The notes below the pieces were generated by a model. It did no database searches, had not been told where the DNA came from, and was given only the letters and a program-made list of their open reading frames with translations. DNA of 64,000 nucleotides from an uncultured bacterium (GTDB taxonomy: Bacteria; Verrucomicrobiota; Kiritimatiellia; RFP12; UBA1067): assembly GCA_902779565.1 (NCBI GenBank), contig CACZCD010000001.1, positions 3,929 through 67,928 of the forward strand, written 5' to 3'. The number at the start of each line of letters is the position of its first letter. Positions within the stretch are counted from its first letter, which is position 1. Positions 43,524 to 61,704 of this stretch are shown in pieces. The position numbers and the translations under genes were made by a program.

Positions 43524-45440
43524 TCACAACGCGTCTGTCATGAATGTATGCGCCACCGTCCAAGGCGCGCTCTTGATCCGTTTCATGCGCATCAAAAGCG
43601 AAAGGCGGTGGCGTTCAAGCTCCGCATCGCCCCGTGCCGGCAGTTCGCCGAGACGGCGTCGGATCGCATCGCCCCATAGCCGCCGCAGAAAATCCTCAAG
43701 AATGCGCGCTGGGTCCAACTCGGAAAGCGATGCGCGCTCCCGCGACAGGAACACGCCCTCCAAAAGCGCACCATCCGCCGCGGAAAGCGTCCCGCGGAGT
43801 TCCGCCATCGCCTGCTCGTTCCCGCGCGTCTCCTGCACATAGGCGTGAACGAACCCGCACGTCAACGCATGCTGGAAAATCGTGTCGGGCGCATAGGATT
43901 CCAGCATCTCCGTCAGCTGCCCATCCGGTCCGTTTCCGAACAGAAACTCCATGAGTGCCATCTCTGTCCGAGGCGGCGGATTGTTCTCCGGAGCCGCAGC
44001 GTCTTCCGAGGGTTGAGAGTTGGGAGTTGAGGGTTGAGGGCTTGCCGCGCCGAAGCCTTCGGCGGAGGCGGGTTGCGTACTTCCTCTTCCCTCTTCCCTC
44101 TTCCCTCTTCCCTCTTCCCTCTTCCCTTTCTCTAGATCCTCCTCAAGGGCGGCGACCGGTATCTTCAGAAGTGTGGAAGCCTCCTGCAGCAAACTGGCGC
44201 GCATGACCGCGCTCGAACTGCACCTGACCAACGCCAAGACAGCGCGCGCCGCGCGGGAGATCGCATCGTAGGAGTCAGGTGTCTGCTCCATCGCGCGGGC
44301 GATGCGTACTTGAAAGGCGACCAGCGACTCAGCCGAATCAAGGCAGGCCTGAAACGCCGCCGGACCTTTCGTGCGAAGCAGAGAATCTGGGTCTTCGCCC
44401 GGCGGAAGACTTGCCACGCGCACCAACAATCCGGCGGCCAGCATCTCGCCGCCCGTGCGAATCGCCGCCTTCTGTCCAGCGGCATCGGCGTCAAAGACCA
44501 GCACGGCGGCATCGGCGACCTTCTTCAGGATCTGGACATGCTCCTTCGTGAAGGCCGTCCCCTGCGACGCGATCGCACGGGAGAATCCCGCCGCATGGCA
44601 GCGGATCACATCGATCTGCCCTTCGCAGACGATGGCCTCGCGAACGGGCTTGGCGTTGGCGATCTTCCCCGCCGCAAGATCGAACGCATAGAGAACATCC
44701 GACTTCCGGAAGATGAGCGTCTCGGGCGAATTGACGTACTTGCCGCCGCGCATCTTCGTCTTATCCGTCTCAAGCGTCCGTCCCGAGAACGCGATCACGC
44801 GTCCAGACCGGTCACGGATCGAGAACATGACGCGTCCGGCGAACGGCGAGTACCAGCGTCCGCCCGGATACTTCGGCGGACGCAGCACGCCGGCCGCCTC
44901 AAGCTCTTCGGTGGTGAAATGATGCTTCTCCGCCCATTTGAGCATCGCCTCGGCCTGCTGCGGCGCGTAGCCGATCTGGAACTGCTCCGCGATCTCGTCC
45001 GGGATGTCGCGCGACGCGAGATAGTTGCGCGCACGCGCCGCCTCAGCGGCCGTCTTGAGGCAACGCCGGTAGAACGCCGCCAACTCGGCGTGGAGCACAA
45101 GTTGGCGCTTGCGCGCGGCCGCTTGCGGATCGCTATTCGTCTCCTCGATGGTGATGTTCGCCGCCGCCGCCAGCTTCTTCGCCGCCTCCACGAAGCCCAG
45201 CCCCTCGTACTTCATCACGAACTTGATCACGTCGCCGGACTCGCCGCAACCGAAGCAGTGGTAGAATCCCTTCGCCGGCTGGATGTTGAAACTCGGCGTC
45301 TTTTCATGATGAAACGGGCAGCAGGCCTTGTACGACCCACCTGCCCGTTTCACTTGGATCCCGTAGCTGGCGATCAAATCTGCAAGGTCCGTACGGGCCT
45401 TGATCTCTTCGATCGTCTGCTCCGAAATGCCGAAGGCCAT
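43524..45440 (-). CDS. dnaG: DNA primase
   Basis: Zinc-ribbon CPFHHEKTPSFNIQPAKGFYHCFGCGESGD, TOPRIM region (EGQIDVIRCHAAG...DADAAGQKA). 638 aa including a low-complexity insertion derived from a repeat element. Confidence 0.9.
   Translation of the reverse strand: MAFGISEQTIEEIKARTDLADLIASYGIQVKRAGGSYKACCPFHHEKTPSFNIQPAKGFYHCFGCGESGDVIKFVMKYEGLGFVEAAKKLAAAANITIEETNSDPQAAARKRQLVLHAELAAFYRRCLKTAAEAARARNYLASRDIPDEIAEQFQIGYAPQQAEAMLKWAEKHHFTTEELEAAGVLRPPKYPGGRWYSPFAGRVMFSIRDRSGRVIAFSGRTLETDKTKMRGGKYVNSPETLIFRKSDVLYAFDLAAGKIANAKPVREAIVCEGQIDVIRCHAAGFSRAIASQGTAFTKEHVQILKKVADAAVLVFDADAAGQKAAIRTGGEMLAAGLLVRVASLPPGEDPDSLLRTKGPAAFQACLDSAESLVAFQVRIARAMEQTPDSYDAISRAARAVLALVRCSSSAVMRASLLQEASTLLKIPVAALEEDLEKGKREEGRGKREEGRGSTQPASAEGFGAASPQPSTPNSQPSEDAAAPENNPPPRTEMALMEFLFGNGPDGQLTEMLESYAPDTIFQHALTCGFVHAYVQETRGNEQAMAELRGTLSAADGALLEGVFLSRERASLSELDPARILEDFLRRLWGDAIRRRLGELPARGDAELERHRLSLLMRMKRIKSAPWTVAHTFMTDAL
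44010..44125. repeat. Tandem-repeat hairpin element copy 4, in-frame inside dnaG
   Basis: Plus strand: gggttgagagttgggagttgagggttgaggg - spacer with gccgaagccttcggc hairpin - (cctcttc)x5. It encodes ...KGKREEGRGKREEGRGSTQPASAEGFGAASPQPSTPNSQPS... Confidence 0.8.
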
Positions 45441-45458
45441 CGCTGACCTCTCTCGGCC

Positions 45459-49796
<4,338 letters not shown>

Positions 49797-49818
49797 TGTT
49801 CCGTTCTCCTTGCGAAAA

Positions 49819-53751
<3,933 letters not shown>

Positions 53752-53966
53752 GGTTCTTACCTTTCTTCTTTCAACTGGAAATTCGCGAAATCACGCGCAA
53801 ATGAAGTCCGGTAAGCGGCCGGTTTGTTAACTGTTAAGGCGTGAAGCGGCGTAAGATATCAAATCCGCGTCTAAAAAGCAAGCACTAAAAAATTAATTAC
53901 CGAAAAACGGGAAACCGCTTCATTTTCGGCAGAATGTTTTCCGATTGGGCAAACGGAGGGGTGGAT

Positions 53967-54410
53967 TTAGGTCAGAAGCTCTACCGAAAACGGTCCGTCG
54001 TTGAGGAGGCGCACCTTCATCTCCGCGCCGAAACGACCAGTGCCGACGCGCGACGCGCCGAGCTTCGCGCGGAGATCCGCCACCACGCGTTCATACAGCG
54101 GTTCCGCGAGTTCCGGACGCGCCGCGTTCGAAAATCCCGGGCGCCGCCCGTGGGACGTATCGGCATAGAGCGTGAACTGCGACACCACGATCACGCTACC
54201 GCCCACGTCGAGAAGCGAGCGGTTCGTCTTCCCGGCCTCATCCTCGAAGATGCGCAACGTGCAGAGGCGCTCGGCCATTTCGTCCGCCGCCTTCTCCGTA
54301 TCCGTGTGAGTCACGCCAAGCAGCACAAGATAGCCCTGCCCGATCTCCGCGACCCGTTCGCCCGCAATCTCGACCGACGCCTCGGTCACGCGTTGGACCC
54401 ATGCCTTCAT
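53967..54410 (-). CDS. dtd: D-aminoacyl-tRNA deacylase
   Basis: MKAWVQRV... with SQFTLY and ...NDGPFSV motifs, about 147 aa. GGAGGG RBS upstream of the chosen start. Confidence 0.8.
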   Translation of the reverse strand: MKAWVQRVTEASVEIAGERVAEIGQGYLVLLGVTHTDTEKAADEMAERLCTLRIFEDEAGKTNRSLLDVGGSVIVVSQFTLYADTSHGRRPGFSNAARPELAEPLYERVVADLRAKLGASRVGTGRFGAEMKVRLLNDGPFSVELLT

Positions 54411-54432
54411 GCCGTCTGCCCTCCGTGTCACC

Positions 54433-54663
54433 TTACCGGCGGATGTCGCGGCTGACCCCGTTCGTCGCCACGTTCAGCAAGATGTCCAGCTTGGAATCCA
54501 TACCCTCAAGGCGGCTGTTCAACCCAGCCACGTCATGGTCGATCTTTTCCTGCAGCATGCTGTTCGTCACCGCATCCGGCTGCGCGGTGAGCCGCATGCC
54601 GATGTACAGTCCGCCAATGAACACAACGGTCAGCACGAGTGCCGTGATCAATGCTATCTTCAT
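54433..54663 (-). CDS. Small single-pass membrane protein, hypothetical
   Basis: MKIALITALVLTVVFIGGLYIGM..., 76 aa, stop-start coupled to dtd. Confidence 0.35.
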   Translation of the reverse strand: MKIALITALVLTVVFIGGLYIGMRLTAQPDAVTNSMLQEKIDHDVAGLNSRLEGMDSKLDILLNVATNGVSRDIRR

Positions 54664-55118
54664 TTCGTTTCCTCCTTTTCAAGGGATTCCAAAAGACGGG
54701 TGCAACCCAAAATGACATCGGCATACGTCTCCTCGAAATTGCCGGTGTACCACGGATCGGCGACATCGCGATCAAGCCCCGCATACGTCAGAAGCTTGCG
54801 CAACTTCGAGCGGTCATCCGGGAAAACGAGTCGCCGGAGATCGGCCATATTGTAGCCATCCATGCCGACGATGAGATCGTATTCGGATGCCTTCGCCGCC
54901 GAAAGGAGCCACGCCGCGCGGGGTGTATAGGGGATGCCGTGGTGATCCAGCTCCCGCCGCGTGCCGCGATGGATGTCATGGCCAAGCTCGTCCGTGTGCA
55001 ACGCCGCCGATTCCACAACAACGTCATGCCGCCCCGCCTTCTCCAGCAGATCCTTCATCACAAACTCCGCCATCGGACTTCGGCAAATGTTGCCATGACA
55101 AACAAAGAGCAGCTTCAT
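54660..55118 (-). CDS. Low-molecular-weight protein-tyrosine phosphatase / ArsC-like
   Basis: P-loop CX5R(S): MKLLFVCHGNICRSPMAEFV. DPWY motif near the C-terminus. Confidence 0.8.
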   Translation of the reverse strand: MKLLFVCHGNICRSPMAEFVMKDLLEKAGRHDVVVESAALHTDELGHDIHRGTRRELDHHGIPYTPRAAWLLSAAKASEYDLIVGMDGYNMADLRRLVFPDDRSKLRKLLTYAGLDRDVADPWYTGNFEETYADVILGCTRLLESLEKEETK

Positions 55119-55261
55119 CCTACGCTTCTTCTTTGTTGCCTTTCGGCAGACTCTTTGCATGGTTTTCAGCATCTCTGTGCATAACTACCCGCTCTTTTGG
55201 GGGTTTTGGCGTTCAATTATCCACACACTTATCCACAATCCTGTCAATATCGGTTCATAAC

Positions 55262-56023
55262 TTACGCCCAGACCATCGCCGCCGTGGACAAAACAAGACC
55301 ATCTGCCGGACGTCGGATGAGGTGGAGCGTGCGCCCTTCCGCGCGAAAACATTCCGATACGAGCAGGTCACCGGCTTTCGCCGCCGCGCGGAACACAACA
55401 TCCATCTCCGCAGGGCCTGTCCCCAGAGTTGAAGGGTCTGTCCCCACAGGCATCGTTTCAAGCATCCATTCGACATAGTGGACGTTGTTGACATGGTCGT
55501 TGAAATCAAGGTCGCTCTGGCGCACGCGAATCTCAACGCGGGACGTCACATCGGGAAGCTGCGTGAACTTGCCGCCGATGTCATCGAAGAGAATGTCCGG
55601 TGTATCGGCGGGGACGAGATCGGCAAAGGTTTCAGGAAGCTTGGCGATCTTCTGCGCCTTCATATCGACATACAGCCATTCGGAGTGCGCCTGCAACACT
55701 TCCGTCCCAGCCCCATCCGCGCCCTGGAAGCAGCGCGTGGCGATGAGCCGCCCCTTCATGCCGCTGGGCCAGGTGCGCAAGGTGATCTTCTCGCCCCACG
55801 GCACATAGCGCGTCACTTTCAGGTGCAGACGCGACAACATCCATGTGAGACCCTCTTCCTGCAGCTTGCGGATGCCCCAGCCGAGTTTCTCTGCGTTCAA
55901 GCCGGCAATCTCCTGCAGGAAATTGCACAGCGTCGGAAGCGAAACGTGGTTCGTCACGCCCGATTCGTAAGATCGCACGGCGAAAGTTTCGTCTAAATAG
56001 AATTTCGGCTCATAAAATCTCAT
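55262..56023 (-). CDS. Acyl-ACP thioesterase
   Basis: Double hot-dog architecture, about 250 aa, with FNDHVNNVHYVEWMLE resembling the conserved NQHVNN block. Confidence 0.65.
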   Translation of the reverse strand: MRFYEPKFYLDETFAVRSYESGVTNHVSLPTLCNFLQEIAGLNAEKLGWGIRKLQEEGLTWMLSRLHLKVTRYVPWGEKITLRTWPSGMKGRLIATRCFQGADGAGTEVLQAHSEWLYVDMKAQKIAKLPETFADLVPADTPDILFDDIGGKFTQLPDVTSRVEIRVRQSDLDFNDHVNNVHYVEWMLETMPVGTDPSTLGTGPAEMDVVFRAAAKAGDLLVSECFRAEGRTLHLIRRPADGLVLSTAAMVWA

Positions 56024-56111
56024 GCCGCAAATTATACCACAAGTCTTCGCAATCTAACGCGCCGATCTTCGGCATCGCCTCCAACCCCCTGAAGAATGTA
56101 TCGGCGGAGCC

Positions 56112-57890
56112 TCACCGGTTCGGCAACTCATAAAATCGAGTCTGGATCGGTGCAAGCTCGATCAGAATGTTGCGCTGCGGGAACCCATTGCCAAGATCGA
56201 GCGAACAAGAAACCGTTTCACGCGACGAATTCACCGCCACCAAATGAACTTTGTCTTCATGTCGCCACGCGCGCACGCCCACTGCTTTGGGGAGCTTTGC
56301 CGCTCCCGGGAGCACCACATCTTCATCAAGCATGACAGGTATCATATCGGCAATTTCACGGGCCACTTTCAGCACTTCGCCGAGTACGCGATCCTTGTCC
56401 GCCGGCTTCAGGAATGAAAGCAGGCTATGCATAGAATACCACGTAAGACCATTTGCCCCTCCTGCTATCGCCTGCCAAGCCATGTTGCGCATCTCGTTTT
56501 CTGTTGGCATGCGCCGCACATGGTTACCGCGCGCACGCTCATCTGCGACACCCCGGTACCAAGTCCAATCAAAGGATTGTAGCGTCATTATAAGCGGCTT
56601 CGAGGCGAAGATTCCGCTGTTCAGCTGACGCGTGTAGTCAAGAACCTGCCCTATCTCCGCACCGCCGCCTATCGGATAGGGATCGGCGCAGATCACATCT
56701 TGGCAATCCAGAAACATCCTGGCGTAGTAAATCCTGTCGAAACAGGAACGCGTGGGGTGGTCAGGGTCGTGCAAACGTGCGAGCCGTTCATGTTTGCGCA
56801 TCTTGTCTGCATTCCCAAAAGCGTGGGGTTCATCGTAGAGATACCACATCAACACACAGGGACGCCCCTTTAACTCCTGTAGTTTCATCACAAGTCCGCC
56901 ATCATCGTGTGGGAGCCTTGCTATGGCCATTTTACCGCACTTCTCAATCCAATCCAGCAATTTGCCATCTACACCGTTCATCACAAATGAATTGTAACTG
57001 CACTCTTCAAGCATTCTGCGTACATCCGGACCCAGTTTCAAATCGGCTCCCCACAAGGTCGTTGCCAAAGGCCAGAACTTCTTTCCGCGTACAACAAACT
57101 TTCCGTCCGGCCCGCACCAGACCTCTGGATGCGTCAAGCCGTTGGTCCTGGCAAACTTCATCGTGGCCGACCATAGCTCACCCGTTCCGTCCGACCGTAA
57201 AAGCACGAATCTGAAATCGTTAGTCCCCATTGCCATGTCGCAGACCGGCACTTTCGCCAAAGCGGAATGTTCCACTCCGGAAAACTCCATCCGTATGCGT
57301 CTGGCATGTCCGTCAGCTCCGGGATATTCCATCTCAGCGCGACAGCCCAAAGTCGAGAATCCACTGTTGAATGACATCGTGAATGTGACATCACCATCCC
57401 ACGCTTCGTCCCGGTAAGCGGAGTTTACAACATAATCAACTGGCGAGGGATCAAACGGCTCTACCTTCGCATCGGCCAACCAAACCTTGCCAACCGCCTT
57501 TTTCTCGGTATATTGCTCAAAGTAGGCGTACACGGCATTTGTTGGTATGGTCACGCTCGTATCGGCAAGTTCGTACCAGTCCGCGCTGCCCTTTTTCCCA
57601 CGGACAGAAAAACCACCGTGACACGTCTCCGTTCTGCACACCTTTCCGTGCGCATCATAAATCCAGAAACCGATGCGGGCCTCGCTCTCCCTTCCGTCCT
57701 TAAGCCGCAGATTATCCTGCTTGAAGCGGCACGACACCCTGTACCGCTTGCCCGGCACAAGATCAACCTTTGTCTTGAAAGAGAACGGGGCTTCATGGAG
57801 GCCGTTCTTGGATTCATTAACGGCATTCGCAAATCCGCACAGTCCTGCTGAACAGATCGCTGCAACAATTACCAACTTATGGATTTTCAT
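56112..57890 (-). CDS. Secreted putative glycoside hydrolase (TIM-barrel, DEP-type catalytic motif), family uncertain
   Basis: Signal peptide (MKIHKLVIVAAICSAGLCG), N-terminal beta-sandwich-like region, and VLMWYLYDEP, a motif typical of the acid/base strand in clan GH-A enzymes. Confidence 0.35.
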   Translation of the reverse strand: MKIHKLVIVAAICSAGLCGFANAVNESKNGLHEAPFSFKTKVDLVPGKRYRVSCRFKQDNLRLKDGRESEARIGFWIYDAHGKVCRTETCHGGFSVRGKKGSADWYELADTSVTIPTNAVYAYFEQYTEKKAVGKVWLADAKVEPFDPSPVDYVVNSAYRDEAWDGDVTFTMSFNSGFSTLGCRAEMEYPGADGHARRIRMEFSGVEHSALAKVPVCDMAMGTNDFRFVLLRSDGTGELWSATMKFARTNGLTHPEVWCGPDGKFVVRGKKFWPLATTLWGADLKLGPDVRRMLEECSYNSFVMNGVDGKLLDWIEKCGKMAIARLPHDDGGLVMKLQELKGRPCVLMWYLYDEPHAFGNADKMRKHERLARLHDPDHPTRSCFDRIYYARMFLDCQDVICADPYPIGGGAEIGQVLDYTRQLNSGIFASKPLIMTLQSFDWTWYRGVADERARGNHVRRMPTENEMRNMAWQAIAGGANGLTWYSMHSLLSFLKPADKDRVLGEVLKVAREIADMIPVMLDEDVVLPGAAKLPKAVGVRAWRHEDKVHLVAVNSSRETVSCSLDLGNGFPQRNILIELAPIQTRFYELPNR

Positions 57891-57999
57891 TTCCCCTCCC
57901 CCTTCTTCGCCGCCGGCTGCGCCAAGGCAAGACAAACTGTGGCAAAGAAAATTCCTTTCACGTTGTTCCTCCCTGTCGCGCGTACCCGCGCCATTGACA

Positions 58000-60135
58000 C
58001 TACTTAACGATGAAGAACCGATCGTAGAAAATGCGGTTCGGGCCTTGTGCGCCCTTTACGAACGCCGGGCCGGTGAACTTCGCTGAGACCCAGAACTCGC
58101 GCTCCTCCACACGCGGCTCGAACGACGGGATCCAAGGATTGAACTTCCCGTCGCCTATGTACGAGCGCGCCGACGCCACGAGACCCACCTTGCCGATCTT
58201 CACGAGATGGAACTTGCCGTCCGACGGGATCTGCTCCTTCTTGAGCGACATCCAACTGCTCTTGCGCGTCCATCCGTCATGCACGCTGGCCTTGAACGGC
58301 ATTCCGCACTTCGCGGCCGGGTCGTACGCGGAATGGCCGATGGCGGAATCCGGGTCGGGGGCATCCACTAGGCCGTGCTTGATCCGCGTCACGCTCCATT
58401 CGATCACGTCCCGCCCTTCCAGCTCCTTCGGCGTGGGCGGCGGGAAGCTTGCCGCGAACGCCCTCATCCGCTCGCCCTCCCTGCGTGCGGCCTCCATGCG
58501 CGGAGCGCGGTCCTTCGGCCAGAAGCCCCAGGCGTCAACAACGTTCGTGGCGCAGACGGCGATGCGCTCCGCCGCCGCACGCACGTCAAGCCCCGACGCC
58601 GACGCCACGCGCCATTCGTCCACAAGCGCCCTGTCGAACACGAGCCTTTCGTGGCGCACGTGCGCGAGCTGGGCCGGGCTGCCCTTGGCGGCGGCGATGC
58701 GCTCAGCCTCATCGAGCATGGGTGCCGCCGTCGCGAAGAACTCCCCGTCGAGGTAACCTCGCTGAACGTACATCGCGAGATGGCCGGACGTGATCGAGCG
58801 TATGAACGCCGGATCAATCTCCGCGCACTTCGCCTTCTGCCGCCGCTCGAGGTAGTCGCGGTACTTCCCGATCGCCCCCGCCGCCGCGCCATAGTGGGCG
58901 CCCATGAACTCCGCCGCCAGCCGCCTCGCGTCCTGGTCGGGGTTGTCGGCGAGCTTGAAGAAGAGCCACACGTCCATCAGCGCGAACGACCTGCTGAGCG
59001 GTTCCTCGCCCTCCAGAAAATATCCGTGCACGTGCATGTCGCGGCAGAAGCGCATTTCAGCGCCGATGTCGTCGCATGGCTTTACCGCCGGGAACATCGG
59101 CCCGGAATATCCGCGCCAGTATCCCCACACGTACTTCTGCTCCACGTGGTCGTCCCATCCCCTGAACACGCGCCCGTTGTCGGTGTCCGCCGTGAGCGGC
59201 TGGAACAGGAAGCTGCGGCAGTAGCGGATCGCGAGGTTGCGGGCGGCCCGCAGCGCGTTCGTCGGCGGCAGCTCGGTGTAGGAGTAGGCGAACGTGCGCA
59301 CCGTCACGTCGGGGAACTCGCGCCCCACCTCCTCCGCCACGGCGCTCGCGAACTCGATGTTCGGCCCGGACCACGATCCCGCCGCCTCCTTTGACCGCAG
59401 GCACGCCGCGCAGCGGCACCTGAATCCGTTGCCGCCGTCGTCCTGGCTCAGCTCGTATGTCGTAGGCCACGAATAGCGCGGGGATTTCGCGCGCTCTTCG
59501 CGGTCGCGCCTGATGTTCGCCTTCATCTGCTCCGCCACGCCGTGGCGCACCGCTGGGTCGGAAAGGCAGAACCACGGATATTCGGCGCTCCCCTGGAAAT
59601 TCGTGAGCCCCTTCGCGTACACGCCGAACGTGTGGCAGTCCTTCGGTGCTCCGCTCTGCTCGGTGTCCCCCACGCCCGCGCGCGCGGTCCCCTTGTTGCG
59701 GAAAAACCACGTGGACGGCACCTTGTCGGCGCCGCCGAGGTACGGGAACCGGCTCAGTATCGCGGGCCGCCCCTCGAACTCCATCTCCGGCAGCGTCCAT
59801 CCAGAGAGGTCTGGCTTCCTCTCGGTGTCGGGCGCGTACCAGCGGCATCCGATGCGCTCGAGGAAGGAATAGACGCCATACGCCACGCCAAGCCCGTCGC
59901 GCCCTGTCACGGTGAGGTCACCACTCTTCGCCTTCACCCGCCACGCCTGCGTCGGCATCGCGGGATCGATCGCAAACCGTACCTTCACCGGCCGGTCGCC
60001 CAGCACCGCCAGCAGATCCTTCGCCGCCGTGCGCGCGGCAGGGTCGTCCAACGGTACCACAATCTCCGCCGCCATTACCGGAAGTGTCACGCTTGTCGCG
60101 ACCGCCACACCGATTGCAAATATTTGACCTCTCAT
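58000..60135 (-). CDS. DUF4838-like secreted protein (GH20-like fold family common in polysaccharide degraders)
   Basis: Signal peptide, ...ERIGCRWYAPD... and overall length and pattern reminiscent of DUF4838. This is a tentative call. Confidence 0.4.
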   Translation of the reverse strand: MRGQIFAIGVAVATSVTLPVMAAEIVVPLDDPAARTAAKDLLAVLGDRPVKVRFAIDPAMPTQAWRVKAKSGDLTVTGRDGLGVAYGVYSFLERIGCRWYAPDTERKPDLSGWTLPEMEFEGRPAILSRFPYLGGADKVPSTWFFRNKGTARAGVGDTEQSGAPKDCHTFGVYAKGLTNFQGSAEYPWFCLSDPAVRHGVAEQMKANIRRDREERAKSPRYSWPTTYELSQDDGGNGFRCRCAACLRSKEAAGSWSGPNIEFASAVAEEVGREFPDVTVRTFAYSYTELPPTNALRAARNLAIRYCRSFLFQPLTADTDNGRVFRGWDDHVEQKYVWGYWRGYSGPMFPAVKPCDDIGAEMRFCRDMHVHGYFLEGEEPLSRSFALMDVWLFFKLADNPDQDARRLAAEFMGAHYGAAAGAIGKYRDYLERRQKAKCAEIDPAFIRSITSGHLAMYVQRGYLDGEFFATAAPMLDEAERIAAAKGSPAQLAHVRHERLVFDRALVDEWRVASASGLDVRAAAERIAVCATNVVDAWGFWPKDRAPRMEAARREGERMRAFAASFPPPTPKELEGRDVIEWSVTRIKHGLVDAPDPDSAIGHSAYDPAAKCGMPFKASVHDGWTRKSSWMSLKKEQIPSDGKFHLVKIGKVGLVASARSYIGDGKFNPWIPSFEPRVEEREFWVSAKFTGPAFVKGAQGPNRIFYDRFFIVK

Positions 60136-60358
60136 GCTGTTTCTCCATTCAACCATGATCTGAACGTCCTCATCGTAATTGTTTCACTTTTTAGGTTCTT
60201 CTCATTCTGTCCGAACTGATGACAGTCAAAATCTGATTCTGTCATTTTCTGGACATCGTTCTTTACGTCTGGGAATTGTAGCATATCACGACAGGAGCCG
60301 CAATACAGGCGGCGGATTTTCAGTATCGAGGAGAGGCGGCGCCGACAATTTGTTGCCT

Positions 60359-61681
60359 TCAATCCGTTCGCAGAAGTCCTCCAGCGGAGAAGAGAAAACG
60401 CAGGAGCGAGGCGGCGCCAAACCACAAAAGTAGCGTGGGAAGATCGGTAATGCCACCCCAGCGCGCGGCGCCGTACAGCGCCAACGGATAGACGAGATGG
60501 AGCGGCACCAACCAGATGAGAAAACCAAAACGTCCCGCCGACACTTCGGCGTTTGTGTAGAACACCTGACAGGTTGTCAGCGCCGTGATCACGACGAGCC
60601 ACGGCATGTAAGACGCGTAGGCGGCATAGTCCGATCCGTGCGGCATGAGCGAGAGGAACGTCAACCCAAAGAACTGATAGGCGAGCGCCATCAACGCCGC
60701 CGCGACAAGCGTGACCGCCGCACATTTGAGGACGAACGGGCGGGTTGAGTCCTTGCGCTGCGCCGCCGTGGCCGTGTAAGGGAACATCACCAGCAGCAGC
60801 GGAAACGTGAGGTAGTAGAGAAAATCGGAGAACCGCGAAACCATATAGTAGCCGGCCGAGTCAAGTGTCGAAAGCTGCGTGCGCAGAAGAGACTGTTCCA
60901 CGAGCGACGCCGCCATGGGAATTCCCTGATAGACGACGATGGCAAGAAACGCCAACGAGATGCGACGGATCGCCGCGCGATCCCAGTACGGTTCCGCCGG
61001 CACCGAAAGGTCCTTTCGCAGCGCCAGCACGCTGCCCGCGATGCGGAAGGCGGGAAGTGCGGCCTGACCCGCAAAATAACCCGCCAGCGCGCGAATCGGC
61101 ATCGCGCAAAACATCACCAGAAAGCGCAGCACCGAACCGGCAACCTCAACCGCCGCCAACGCACGGAACCGCTTGAGCGACTGTAGCGCATCCGTATAGA
61201 CGGGCGCAACGCATCCGAGAAACGCCGCCGCCACGACAAGGAATCCGACAGACGCATCCGAAACGCGCATCGCCGAAAGAAAATGCGGCACCGCCACCGC
61301 CGCGACGGACAGCACCAGAACCAGGATCGCCGCCACCGCGACAAACACACCTTTCAAGAGCGACTTTACCTTCCCGCGTGCGCCGACCGTCGACAGGCAC
61401 GCGGACTCCTTCATCACCGTCATCGCGAACGCAAACATCGGAAGCGACAGAAAAGTGGCGAATAAAGTGACCGGTAGCACCGCGCCGATATCCTCTGGCG
61501 AAACATAGCGCGGCACGAACCACATCCCGGCGGCGACATTGACGAAGTCGCCCACACGCAAGGCGACGAACAGAAGAAGCGCGTTTTTCGCGAAGCCGTC
61601 CATACGGCGGCGTATTGTACCAAATTCCGCTATGCGTGGCATGGGAGTTTTGCTATAATCGCCCGCCATACGAATTTCCAT
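60359..61681 (-). CDS. Polysaccharide biosynthesis / oligosaccharide flippase-like (MOP superfamily) membrane protein
   Basis: About 12 TM segments, with Wzx/MurJ-like hydrophobic periodicity. Start uncertain (61681 or the internal Met at about 61603). Confidence 0.45.
   Translation of the reverse strand: MEIRMAGDYSKTPMPRIAEFGTIRRRMDGFAKNALLLFVALRVGDFVNVAAGMWFVPRYVSPEDIGAVLPVTLFATFLSLPMFAFAMTVMKESACLSTVGARGKVKSLLKGVFVAVAAILVLVLSVAAVAVPHFLSAMRVSDASVGFLVVAAAFLGCVAPVYTDALQSLKRFRALAAVEVAGSVLRFLVMFCAMPIRALAGYFAGQAALPAFRIAGSVLALRKDLSVPAEPYWDRAAIRRISLAFLAIVVYQGIPMAASLVEQSLLRTQLSTLDSAGYYMVSRFSDFLYYLTFPLLLVMFPYTATAAQRKDSTRPFVLKCAAVTLVAAALMALAYQFFGLTFLSLMPHGSDYAAYASYMPWLVVITALTTCQVFYTNAEVSAGRFGFLIWLVPLHLVYPLALYGAARWGGITDLPTLLLWFGAASLLRFLFSAGGLLRTD
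61654..61659 (+). promoter_or_regulatory. Possible -10 element (TATAAT) for metF
   Basis: ttgcTATAATcgcc about 45 nt upstream of the metF ATG. I did not identify a good -35. Confidence 0.25.
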
Positions 61682-61704
61682 CGTTTGAAATGGGAGAAGA
61701 CGAC

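Noticed and set aside
61682-61704. Replication origin at the minus/plus strand switch
   Set aside because: The divergent intergenic region is only ~23 bp, with no DnaA boxes, AT-rich DUE or dnaA/dnaN nearby. The strand switch is just a divergent gene pair.
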